In this document: piece after piece, positions 19,276-27,848 of the stretch
How positions within the stretch are numbered: the first letter of the stretch is position 1
Layout: each line of letters opens with the position of its first letter
Program-made: the position numbers and the translations under genes
IMG/VR virus record: IMGVR_UViG_3300027710_000011
Span: 1-64,000 of that record
Reading direction: 5' to 3' (one strand)
Length of the DNA stretch: 64,000 nt
Notes under the pieces: generated by a model
Databases searched by the model: none
What the model saw: the letters and a program-made list of their open reading frames with translations, nothing else
What the model was told of the DNA's origin: nothing

Positions 19276-19446
19276 TTTTTCATTTCCTCAAGGAAGTTTT
19301 GACACGATCGCTATATATGGTCGACGATGCTCTTCAAATAATGTGATCGGTCATCTTTAGGATCACCGCAACATAACCCACGACTGGGCACTTTTTTGCT
19401 TAGTTTTACGGTATTCAGACGCAAGTCTAATCTCTAGAGGTGCCAG

Positions 19447-22203
19447 ATGCCTAACCCAAATATCACTTACGAATTTGACCCGACGGGCCAGAACCCGCTG
19501 AACAAGGTAATCAACGAACAACAACCGATTACCTCGGTCAACTTCCAAGATTACCATTACATTGTTCCGAAGTGGGCGCCGTTCTTTGCCGCTGGTCTGA
19601 CGCTTGCTTTCAACAATCCAGATGGTTCTTCTCGGACTCTGGTGGAGGGCGTCGATTACTACCTCGGCTATCAGTTCATTCAAGCCTCCAAAGCCTGCGC
19701 CAAGCCCTTGTATGGTTCCATCCAGTTCCTGGATACAGACTTGGCCGGTGTTATTCGCATCAGTTATCAGACTGTTGGTGGTAATTGGACGCTGAGCACA
19801 TCTCAGATTGCTGAGTTGCTCGCTAACAAGATGTACAACCCTCGCAACACAAGTTGGGAGATGGTTGTCGCTCGACCCATTGACTTCCCTGTCATTGACC
19901 ACGAGTGGAATCTGGTCGACATGGTGGGTGCCAAGGAGATGGTTGCATCCATCGACAACGTTCGCGCTGCTATTTCTGCCAGCACTGGCGGTGGTTTGCA
20001 AGAGCACGTTTCGAACAAGTCCAATCCTCACGAAACGACTGCTGCTCAAATAGGTCTCGGGAATGTCCAGAACTTCCCGATTGCGACCACACCTCAAGCG
20101 CAAGCTGGTGTGAACACTACGACCTACATGACGCCAGCAACAACGGCGGCCGCCATTCTGGCTTTGGGTTCTTCTAATCTTCAAGCTCACTTGAATGATC
20201 AGAACAACCCGCACGGTACGACCAAAGCTCAAGTGGGTCTGGGTAACGTTCCCAACTACGCCATGGCAACCGGTACAGAAGCACTGGCCGGTATTTCCAC
20301 CACCACGTTCATGTCGCCGGCTTTGACGGCTCAAGTGGTGGCTGTTGTGACTGCTGCGCTGAATGCGCACACAGCCAACACGATGAACCCGCATGCGACC
20401 ACCAAGGATCAAATGCAGTTGTTCAACGTGGCGAACTTCCCGCCAGCTACGTCGCAACAGGCACAAGACGGTACGGACAATGCGTCGTACATGACGCCAC
20501 TGCGTGTCAAGCAAGCCATTTCGTTCCTGGCGAACGTTGACTTGCAGCAGCATTTGAGCGACTTCATGAACCCTCACGCTGTGAACAAATCACAGGTGGG
20601 CCTGGGTAGCGTGGATAACTTTGCAACAGCTACACAAGCTGAAGCAACGAACAATACCGTCGCTACCAAATTCATGACGCCGCAACGTGTGTCGCAAGCC
20701 ATTTCGTTCTATGTCGGTAACGACTTCTTGAATCACTTGAATGCAGCAAACCCTCACGGAGTGACTGCTGCTCAAGTTGGCTTGGAAAACGTACCTAACT
20801 TCATGATGGCGACCAATGCTGAAGCTACGGCTGGTACAGCTATTGATCGTTTCATGTCGCCTGCCCGCACGACTGATGCCATTACTTTCCAGGTTGGAAC
20901 GGCTTTTGCTGATCACGTTGCGTTGTCGAATCCTCACAACACGACAAAGACTGATGTCGGCTTGGGTCAAGTGCAGAACTATGCGATTGCTTCTGATCCA
21001 GAAGCAGCAGCTGGTTTGTCGAGCACGGTGTATTTGACACCTCGCGGTGGTTCCTTGCTTTTGAATGCCAACCTCGGCGGGCACTTGTCGGATACGAATA
21101 ATCCGCATGCAACAACGAAAGAGCAAGTGGGTCTGGGTAACGTCCAGAACTTTGACATTGCTTCTGCCGCCGAAGCCAATGCAGGTACGAGTAATGTCAA
21201 GTACGTCACACCTCAAACAGCAACGTTGATCGCTCAGAACAACGTTAATGCTCACGGTACGCGTCAGGATAACCCTCACGCAGTGACGGCGATTCAGGTT
21301 GGTTTGGGCAACGTCCAGAACTTCCCGATCGCATCATTGTTGCAAGCTCAAACTGGTACAGATAGCGCAACCTACATGACGCCGGCGCGTGTCAAGGACG
21401 CAATCCTGTCCCAAGTGCCAGCATTGGTCAACGTGCACGCAAACCGCACGGACAATCCTCACAGTGTTACGGCAGCTCAGGTTGGTTCGTACACCACTGC
21501 GCAAACCGATCAACTGCTGCTCGCGAAGCTGGGTGTCAACGATACGGCTACCAACTCCGGCAAGCTTGGTGGTTATTCCGTTACGGATTTGCAGAACTTG
21601 CTGACACAGAGCTCTGTGAATGGCGGCTTCTTGGATTCGAAACCTGCGGACGCGGCGAACACCACTGGTTATACCTGGGCACGTTTGGGTACCGTGGGAC
21701 CAATCACCAATTCTGCGAACGGCATTCCTAATGCCACACCGGATTTGATTTGGTTGATCTCTGGCGGTGAATCTCCGACAGCGTTGAAGTCACCAAGCTA
21801 TCGTTTGTCTTTGTCCATCCGCGACATTCCTGCAAACGGCTATGTGAACTACTCGCTGACACCTGAGTCACCGGAACCTGATACTGGCGCGCCTGAGTTT
21901 GGTTTTACGTATGACTCTGCTACCAACATTGCGACCGTTTACGCTCGCATGGGTACCAGCAACAATCCGTTGTCCATCGTGCAGCTGAATAAAGGCGGTG
22001 GCGGTGTTTCGATTGTCCACTTGGGTTATCAGAATCCACCAACGCCAACGATGATGACGAAGTCTTCGTCGAATCAGGCACTGCAGGCACAAGTCAATAC
22101 CTTGCAAACACAACTCGCTCTGTTGCAGGGTCAACTCAATACCCTCACGACAGACGTGGCAACAGGTCTGCAAGCCTTGACGGCCGCTATCAACAATCTG
22201 TAA
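19447..22203 (+). CDS. virion/tail protein with NPH repeats (phiKZ gp131-like N-terminus)
   Basis: N-terminal YEFDPTGQNPLNKVINE...APFF, then nine H-x4-NPH motifs in ~60-aa units (AQVGLGNVQNF...YMTP). Confidence 0.8.
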   Translation: MPNPNITYEFDPTGQNPLNKVINEQQPITSVNFQDYHYIVPKWAPFFAAGLTLAFNNPDGSSRTLVEGVDYYLGYQFIQASKACAKPLYGSIQFLDTDLAGVIRISYQTVGGNWTLSTSQIAELLANKMYNPRNTSWEMVVARPIDFPVIDHEWNLVDMVGAKEMVASIDNVRAAISASTGGGLQEHVSNKSNPHETTAAQIGLGNVQNFPIATTPQAQAGVNTTTYMTPATTAAAILALGSSNLQAHLNDQNNPHGTTKAQVGLGNVPNYAMATGTEALAGISTTTFMSPALTAQVVAVVTAALNAHTANTMNPHATTKDQMQLFNVANFPPATSQQAQDGTDNASYMTPLRVKQAISFLANVDLQQHLSDFMNPHAVNKSQVGLGSVDNFATATQAEATNNTVATKFMTPQRVSQAISFYVGNDFLNHLNAANPHGVTAAQVGLENVPNFMMATNAEATAGTAIDRFMSPARTTDAITFQVGTAFADHVALSNPHNTTKTDVGLGQVQNYAIASDPEAAAGLSSTVYLTPRGGSLLLNANLGGHLSDTNNPHATTKEQVGLGNVQNFDIASAAEANAGTSNVKYVTPQTATLIAQNNVNAHGTRQDNPHAVTAIQVGLGNVQNFPIASLLQAQTGTDSATYMTPARVKDAILSQVPALVNVHANRTDNPHSVTAAQVGSYTTAQTDQLLLAKLGVNDTATNSGKLGGYSVTDLQNLLTQSSVNGGFLDSKPADAANTTGYTWARLGTVGPITNSANGIPNATPDLIWLISGGESPTALKSPSYRLSLSIRDIPANGYVNYSLTPESPEPDTGAPEFGFTYDSATNIATVYARMGTSNNPLSIVQLNKGGGGVSIVHLGYQNPPTPTMMTKSSSNQALQAQVNTLQTQLALLQGQLNTLTTDVATGLQALTAAINNL

Positions 22204-22256
22204 GGTTAGGGGGAGGTAGCTCCTCCCCCTTCCTTATCCAACAATGGATATTTGTC

Positions 22257-24956
22257 ATGCCAGTACCAGTTCCAATTCGATATCCGCTGGATAAGACCGG
22301 TGTGAGTCCCGACAACAAGATTGTCGGTGAACCTCACGATCTTGTCAATCGCCAGGTGCGAGCCATCGCGCCGAACTATGGTCCTTTCTTTACAGAGTCT
22401 TTGGTTGTTCGTGATCTGACAACCGGGTTGACTCTGCGTACGCCGCAGCAATATGTTGCGACTGAATTGGACACCGTTCCTACCGGTATGTTCGGTAAGG
22501 AAATTTGCGGCATCATCTTGATCAAGGACACTGCTGTTTCCAGCAGGATTGAAATTGAATACCAAACAGTTGGTGGTCAATACAGTCTGAATTCCCAAGC
22601 CATTGTTGACATGCTCAACAGTGCAGCTTTCGATAACCGTCCTGTCAACTGGGGTGACATCATCAGCAAGCCTGATGTCTTCACCGCAGCAGCTCACTTC
22701 CACGATGCTGGTGACATCTACGGTTTCGAGTATGTGGTCACAGCGATCGAGCGTTTGCGTAGCGCTATTCTGATCGGTGACTCTGCTTCCCACGATGAGA
22801 TCTATCGTTACATCGATAGCACTTTCACTCTGGTGAATCAACGCATCACGCAGGTTGAAGCCAACATCAATGCTCACAAGGCTGATCTGGCAAACCCGCA
22901 TCAAACAACGAAGGCTCAAGTTGGCTTGGGTAACGTTGACAACTTCTTGACGGCCACACAAGCCCAAGCAGAAGCTGGCACATTGAACAACTTGTTCATG
23001 ACGCCGCTGCGGACAGCGCAAGCAATTGCTCTGCAAGCAGTTGTGCCGTTGAACACGCACATTTCCAACGTCAACAATCCTCACCAGACTACCAAAGCTC
23101 AAGTTGGCTTGGGTAGTGTCAACAACTTCGATATTGCAACCACTGCTGAAGCACAAGCCGGTACAAGCACTGTCAAGTACATGACGCCGTTCTTGACAGC
23201 GCAAGCTATCACGACACAGGCCGGTGCGTTGCTGAACACACACGTCAACGATCGCAATAATCCGCACCAAACAACCAAGGCCCACGTTGGTCTAGGTAAT
23301 GTGCAGAACTTCGGCATTGCAACAACGCCTGAAGCTCAAGCAGGTGTGTCGAATAGCGTCTACATGACACCTGTTCGTACTGCTGAAGAAATTGCTGCCT
23401 TGGTTGGTAATGCTTTCAGTGCGCACGTTAACAACTTGTCGAATCCTCACCAGACCACAAAGGCTCAGGTTGGACTTGGCAACGTTGATAACTTCCCGAC
23501 TGCGTCGCAGGCCCAAGCGCAAGCTGGTTCCGACAACGGTACCTTCATGACACCGCTTCGCGTTGCGCAAGCAATCGGAGTGCAAGCCGGTGCTTTGGTG
23601 AACGCTCACGCTGGACGTACTGACAATCCTCATGCTACTAACAAGTGGCAAGTTGGTTTGGGCAACGTTGAGAATTACACAATTGCTTCACAAGGTGACG
23701 CGGTTGGTGGTTCTAGCAATACGGTCTACATGACGCCTTTGCGTGTTCGTGAAGCCATCAATACGTTCGCTGCACCTGCGTGGTATCAAGGCTGGGTTGG
23801 CGCGCCTGGCTGGGACGCTAACGCATTGCCAGGAAGCCGTTCTGGTTTCACGTACGCCTATAACGCTCCGTATAGCGGACCGTTGGTTTGCTTCGACGGC
23901 GGCGGCTACAACCTGCAGTTGAATTCGGCGTACAGCGGTCAAGGCTTGGCGTACCGCACCCGCAACGGTGACAGTGGCGGTTCATTCAACGGCTGGAAAA
24001 CTGTTGCTCATAGCGACGGTACGAACGTTGGCGGGACATGGCCTATCAATGTCACAGGCAGTGCTTCTAGTGCAAACACAGCTAACACTGCAAACACGTC
24101 CAATTACACCAACGTTCTGAATAACCTTGGCGTTATCAGTAACGGCGCAGGAATGACGCCCGTTGGTGCTACTATGTATAGCGTGTATAGCAGTGGTCAA
24201 CCCACCGCGTACGGTACCATCTTGTCGATGACGGGTGGTGGTTGCGGTCAACTGTTGTTGGGTTGGTCTGGCTCTACTGGCGCTCATGCTGAGAACTATA
24301 TCCGCTCGATGCGCGATACAGGTGGCACATGGTCTCCATGGGCTCGCATCATGACCGACGTTAACGTTGGCGGTGTTTGCTTGTCCTTGGCCAACGGCGG
24401 TACTGTCAGCGGTGCCACAAACTTCAACTCCTCTGTTACCTTCAATTCGACAGTTCAGTTCAACGGTGAACACCGTGGTAATTGGTGGCGCAGTACGGGC
24501 AACACCGGCTGGTACAACGAGACTTACTCTGGCGGCATTTACATGCAGCAAGCTGGTTTCGTTGACGGCTACAATGGCGTTGCTCTGCGTGCTTCTGATC
24601 TGTACACGACTTCAGACCGTCGTATCAAGTCTGAGATCGAACCGATCAAGAATGCGCGTAAGCGTTTGTTCAGCACTGTGACTGGCTGCACGTTCGTCAA
24701 GAACGGAAAGCCTGGCATGGGTTTCATCGCTCAAGACTGTCAAGTCGAGTTCGGCGTGGCTGTGATTGAAACTGCTGATGAGTTGCCGGATGGTTCCAAG
24801 ATCCTGACCGTGAGCTACGGTTCGATGGAAGCTCCAATGCTCGAAGCAATGAAGGAACAAGATGTCGACATCGAATATCTGAAGTCCACCGTTGCTGAAC
24901 AGCAGAAGGAAATCGACGAACTCAAGAGGCTGGTTCAAGCTCTGATCGCTAAGTAA
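22257..24956 (+). CDS. tail fibre with NPH repeats and C-terminal S74 chaperone
   Basis: Paralogous N-terminus YPLDKTGVSPDNKIVGE...GPFF, five NPH repeats, pyocin-knob-like segments and SDRRIKSEI...GFIAQD. Confidence 0.83.
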   Translation: MPVPVPIRYPLDKTGVSPDNKIVGEPHDLVNRQVRAIAPNYGPFFTESLVVRDLTTGLTLRTPQQYVATELDTVPTGMFGKEICGIILIKDTAVSSRIEIEYQTVGGQYSLNSQAIVDMLNSAAFDNRPVNWGDIISKPDVFTAAAHFHDAGDIYGFEYVVTAIERLRSAILIGDSASHDEIYRYIDSTFTLVNQRITQVEANINAHKADLANPHQTTKAQVGLGNVDNFLTATQAQAEAGTLNNLFMTPLRTAQAIALQAVVPLNTHISNVNNPHQTTKAQVGLGSVNNFDIATTAEAQAGTSTVKYMTPFLTAQAITTQAGALLNTHVNDRNNPHQTTKAHVGLGNVQNFGIATTPEAQAGVSNSVYMTPVRTAEEIAALVGNAFSAHVNNLSNPHQTTKAQVGLGNVDNFPTASQAQAQAGSDNGTFMTPLRVAQAIGVQAGALVNAHAGRTDNPHATNKWQVGLGNVENYTIASQGDAVGGSSNTVYMTPLRVREAINTFAAPAWYQGWVGAPGWDANALPGSRSGFTYAYNAPYSGPLVCFDGGGYNLQLNSAYSGQGLAYRTRNGDSGGSFNGWKTVAHSDGTNVGGTWPINVTGSASSANTANTANTSNYTNVLNNLGVISNGAGMTPVGATMYSVYSSGQPTAYGTILSMTGGGCGQLLLGWSGSTGAHAENYIRSMRDTGGTWSPWARIMTDVNVGGVCLSLANGGTVSGATNFNSSVTFNSTVQFNGEHRGNWWRSTGNTGWYNETYSGGIYMQQAGFVDGYNGVALRASDLYTTSDRRIKSEIEPIKNARKRLFSTVTGCTFVKNGKPGMGFIAQDCQVEFGVAVIETADELPDGSKILTVSYGSMEAPMLEAMKEQDVDIEYLKSTVAEQQKEIDELKRLVQALIAK

Positions 24957-24964
24957 CTTGGCGT

Positions 24965-24997
24965 AATAAAGAGGAGGGGAAGACCCTCCTCTTTATG
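24965..24997 (+). terminator. hairpin + TTTATG terminator
   Basis: ATAAAGAGGAGGG-GAAGA-CCCTCCTCTTTATG. Confidence 0.78.
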
Positions 24998-25070
24998 TTC
25001 TTTCAAACACCACCTGCGAGTATTATGAGAGCTGCTTCATTATGAAGCCAACTCCTTTAGGAGAACTAAA

Positions 25071-26957
25071 TTGACTGTCCCAAATAGCTTACCCGTCAAG
25101 TTCAGCGACGTCATCGCTGAGTTTGGCGGATCCAATCCTCCACGAAACCTGAGCGCTTACCGTGCCGGTGGCGGATATACACCTTCGGGTGCAAAAGGCG
25201 GCTCTGCTGCTATTCCGACACCTGGTGGTTTGATCTCCAGCAGTTACGCTGTGAACCTGGGTTCTTTTCCTGGCGCACAGAAGTCGCTGAGCATTACTCA
25301 GTTCTGGCCGTACAAGGATTACTTCCATCGCACGCTTTACAACCATTCGTCTAACCCGCCAGCTACTGATGCTCAGAACGATGACTGCACGCGTCATTGG
25401 AATGATTTTGGTTATGCTGGTCGCGTAGGCAACGGCTGGTTGTGGCAACGCAAGAACTTCAGCAATGAAAATAACTCTGGCTTGCCAGATAGTGCTACGT
25501 GTACTGTATTTTTCATGTTGACCGGTAGTTGGACAACCTACACCAGCACAATGAGTGGTGGCACCAGCTTGTCTGCTCGCGGCCGTGATGCAGTCGGTGA
25601 AGTAATGCACATGACGCCAATTGCGACAGGTCGCTATAACTTCCAAACGAACAACTCCGGTTCGGAAATAGCGATGGCTTACGCCACTTACAACTGCTCC
25701 ATCAAGAAAATCTCTGAAATCTTTACGGCGATGAATGATGGTGGTGGCAATGGCGTTTGGGATGAACTCATCATTCTCCCTGGCAATCGAACTGTCGGCG
25801 AGCAAGCTGTCACGCGGGATGAGAATGGTTCAGACAATCGTCTGGGCGCTCCCATCAATCCAAACGAAGTAGTCATTGGCTTGCGTTACGATGGTGCTGG
25901 TGATTATGAGCAACAGTACTACAACCACACGTTTCCTGATCCGATTCGCTTCTCTGGCTGGTGGGGTAACAATGGCGCTATCAGTATTGAAGCAAACACG
26001 ACTGAAAACTCTACGTGGTTGACCACACAAGTTCGTTGGGATCGCTCGCCTGCTTGCGTGTGGGCAAAAATTGTTCCATACGAAGGTGCCGTCTATTCGC
26101 CTGGTGTAAATCCGGTTTGGCCGTATTTGAATATCAGTGCAAATACCAATTCGTTTACCGTGAAACGTAACGGCGGCATCACGGCTACGATGTACGGTAC
26201 TGCCGTAGATATTCCAGCTTACCAAACGTGTCCTGAAAATTGGTACATCGGCAATCCAATGTCGAGCATGCCTGGCGATCGGTACTGGGTTCGTGTCACG
26301 CCTCAGCCCGGTTATGAAACTGCTTTCGCCGGTAACCTCAGCGGTCCTCGCGGCTATGTTCCGCTTAGTTCGGATCAAACTTGGGAGTTTACCGGCGGCG
26401 TGCCGTTGCAAGTAGACGTCAACATTGCAGATAATCCCGCTGGAACTAACGCTGCGTACCTCGGTGCTGTAGTGTTGAGAACTGGCAGTAGTGGTGGCGG
26501 TGGCGGCGGAGGCGGTGGTGGATCAGTTTCTGTATCCGCTTACATGCCCGGCCATTCATTCGATGTTCGTGCTCGCGACATGCGTCCCGGTCATTCGCTT
26601 GAACTGCTGAACCTTACGCGCGATGGCGTGATGGCTGGTGAAGTCATCAGCAACCGTGTCTCTGAACAAAACCTTCTCACGATGGTTTCTGCGTCTGGCA
26701 TCGAGTTGACTTGCTCTGATAACACACCGCTGACCTTGGAAGATGGCTCGTGCATCAATTCGACAGAAGTGTTGAATAAGCGCTTGCCTGTCCAAGATGA
26801 GAATGGCTTCCGTTGGGAAGAGATTGTTGAACTCCGTGATGCAGGCCGCGGTATGGTTGCAACGATCTTCTGTGATAATCAGTGTTACGCTGCTGGCGAT
26901 TCGCCAGGCCGTTACATCTGGACTCATAACGCTGGTCCAACCAATAGCAAGGAATAA
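25071..26957 (+). CDS. putative fibre-tip adhesin with C-terminal Hint (intein-like) domain
   Basis: TTG start with AGGAG SD. N-terminal fibre-docking-type motif (VKFSDVIAEFGGSNP...LSAY...IPT), a poly-Gly linker and a Hint-like domain ending IWTHN. Confidence 0.72.
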   Translation: MTVPNSLPVKFSDVIAEFGGSNPPRNLSAYRAGGGYTPSGAKGGSAAIPTPGGLISSSYAVNLGSFPGAQKSLSITQFWPYKDYFHRTLYNHSSNPPATDAQNDDCTRHWNDFGYAGRVGNGWLWQRKNFSNENNSGLPDSATCTVFFMLTGSWTTYTSTMSGGTSLSARGRDAVGEVMHMTPIATGRYNFQTNNSGSEIAMAYATYNCSIKKISEIFTAMNDGGGNGVWDELIILPGNRTVGEQAVTRDENGSDNRLGAPINPNEVVIGLRYDGAGDYEQQYYNHTFPDPIRFSGWWGNNGAISIEANTTENSTWLTTQVRWDRSPACVWAKIVPYEGAVYSPGVNPVWPYLNISANTNSFTVKRNGGITATMYGTAVDIPAYQTCPENWYIGNPMSSMPGDRYWVRVTPQPGYETAFAGNLSGPRGYVPLSSDQTWEFTGGVPLQVDVNIADNPAGTNAAYLGAVVLRTGSSGGGGGGGGGGSVSVSAYMPGHSFDVRARDMRPGHSLELLNLTRDGVMAGEVISNRVSEQNLLTMVSASGIELTCSDNTPLTLEDGSCINSTEVLNKRLPVQDENGFRWEEIVELRDAGRGMVATIFCDNQCYAAGDSPGRYIWTHNAGPTNSKE

Positions 26958-26966
26958 GCGAAGTTA

Positions 26967-27000
26967 ATAAAGAGGTAGGTAACCCCTACCTCTTTATGCT
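26967..27000 (+). terminator. hairpin + TTTATG terminator
   Basis: ATAAAGAGGTAGG-TAACC-CCTACCTCTTTATG. Confidence 0.78.
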
Positions 27001-27105
27001 GTCTATAATCGATTTGTTTATTAACGTACCCAATGACATGGAAGTAAAGTTTAAATGCCGTGTAGGCTGTTTAAATGCGTTTTAGAGGTAGTATGAACTA
27101 GATAA

Positions 27106-27137
27106 CATAAAACGAGGGAGTGATCCCTCGTTTTATT
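27106..27137 (-). terminator. hairpin + TTTTATG terminator
   Basis: CATAAAACGAGGGA-GTGA-TCCCTCGTTTTAT, at the end of the minus-strand operon. Confidence 0.78.
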
Positions 27138-27146
27138 AACTGATTC

Positions 27147-27845
27147 TTACGCAGCTTTGTTACCACCTATCGAATCAATGACGAACTCGATAGGTTCTTT
27201 AGACGGCATCAAGATGTACTCGCCATACGTCGTGTAGTACGGAGGTTTTTTATCCTTGTAACTAGGATCAACTTCGTACAACGCGTAACAGAGCTCAAGA
27301 CTGATGTCTAAAAGACGGTTCTTGTATTTGGCCGGATCAAGAGTAGCAATGATCTTGCCATAACTGGATGCCGTGCCTTCGTGATGTGTGAAAGACAAAG
27401 CTCGCTTAGTGACGTGAGTAAACTTGTCACCAGGCTTACCATTGACGTTGAGTTTGCCGTACCAGGTTTTATCCGCAGTAAGCATGTTGTCTTCGTCAAT
27501 CTCGCTGACATCGAAGCCACGGTAGAGTTTCGGATGCATTTTCGGTTTTTGAATTGCCGAAAACACACGCCGTGCTTCTTCCAGTTTTGGAACCAAATCT
27601 TGATCTGGAGTGAAGATCCAGTCGTCGATTACCTTGAGGAGTTCAGGATGCTTGCACATCTTCTCCACGATCCTCATATCGACGTCTTCTTGATCAAACG
27701 TCAATTTGGGGATGTAGGCAACCATGCCGAGGATTTTGATCAAAACTTTTCGACCAATCGAATCATTTCGATCCTTCATCTCCATGACTTTTTCCATTGC
27801 AATTTGCTGTTGCAACAGAGCTTGTTGAATGATGATGTTAGTCAC
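27147..27845 (-). CDS. putative ADP-ribosyltransferase (R-S-E clade) with A-x-E propeptide
   Basis: KLYRG, ALSFT and YGEYIL motifs in the ART order, plus N-terminal QQIAME. Confidence 0.62.
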   Translation of the reverse strand: MTNIIIQQALLQQQIAMEKVMEMKDRNDSIGRKVLIKILGMVAYIPKLTFDQEDVDMRIVEKMCKHPELLKVIDDWIFTPDQDLVPKLEEARRVFSAIQKPKMHPKLYRGFDVSEIDEDNMLTADKTWYGKLNVNGKPGDKFTHVTKRALSFTHHEGTASSYGKIIATLDPAKYKNRLLDISLELCYALYEVDPSYKDKKPPYYTTYGEYILMPSKEPIEFVIDSIGGNKAA

Positions 27846-27848
27846 TTC

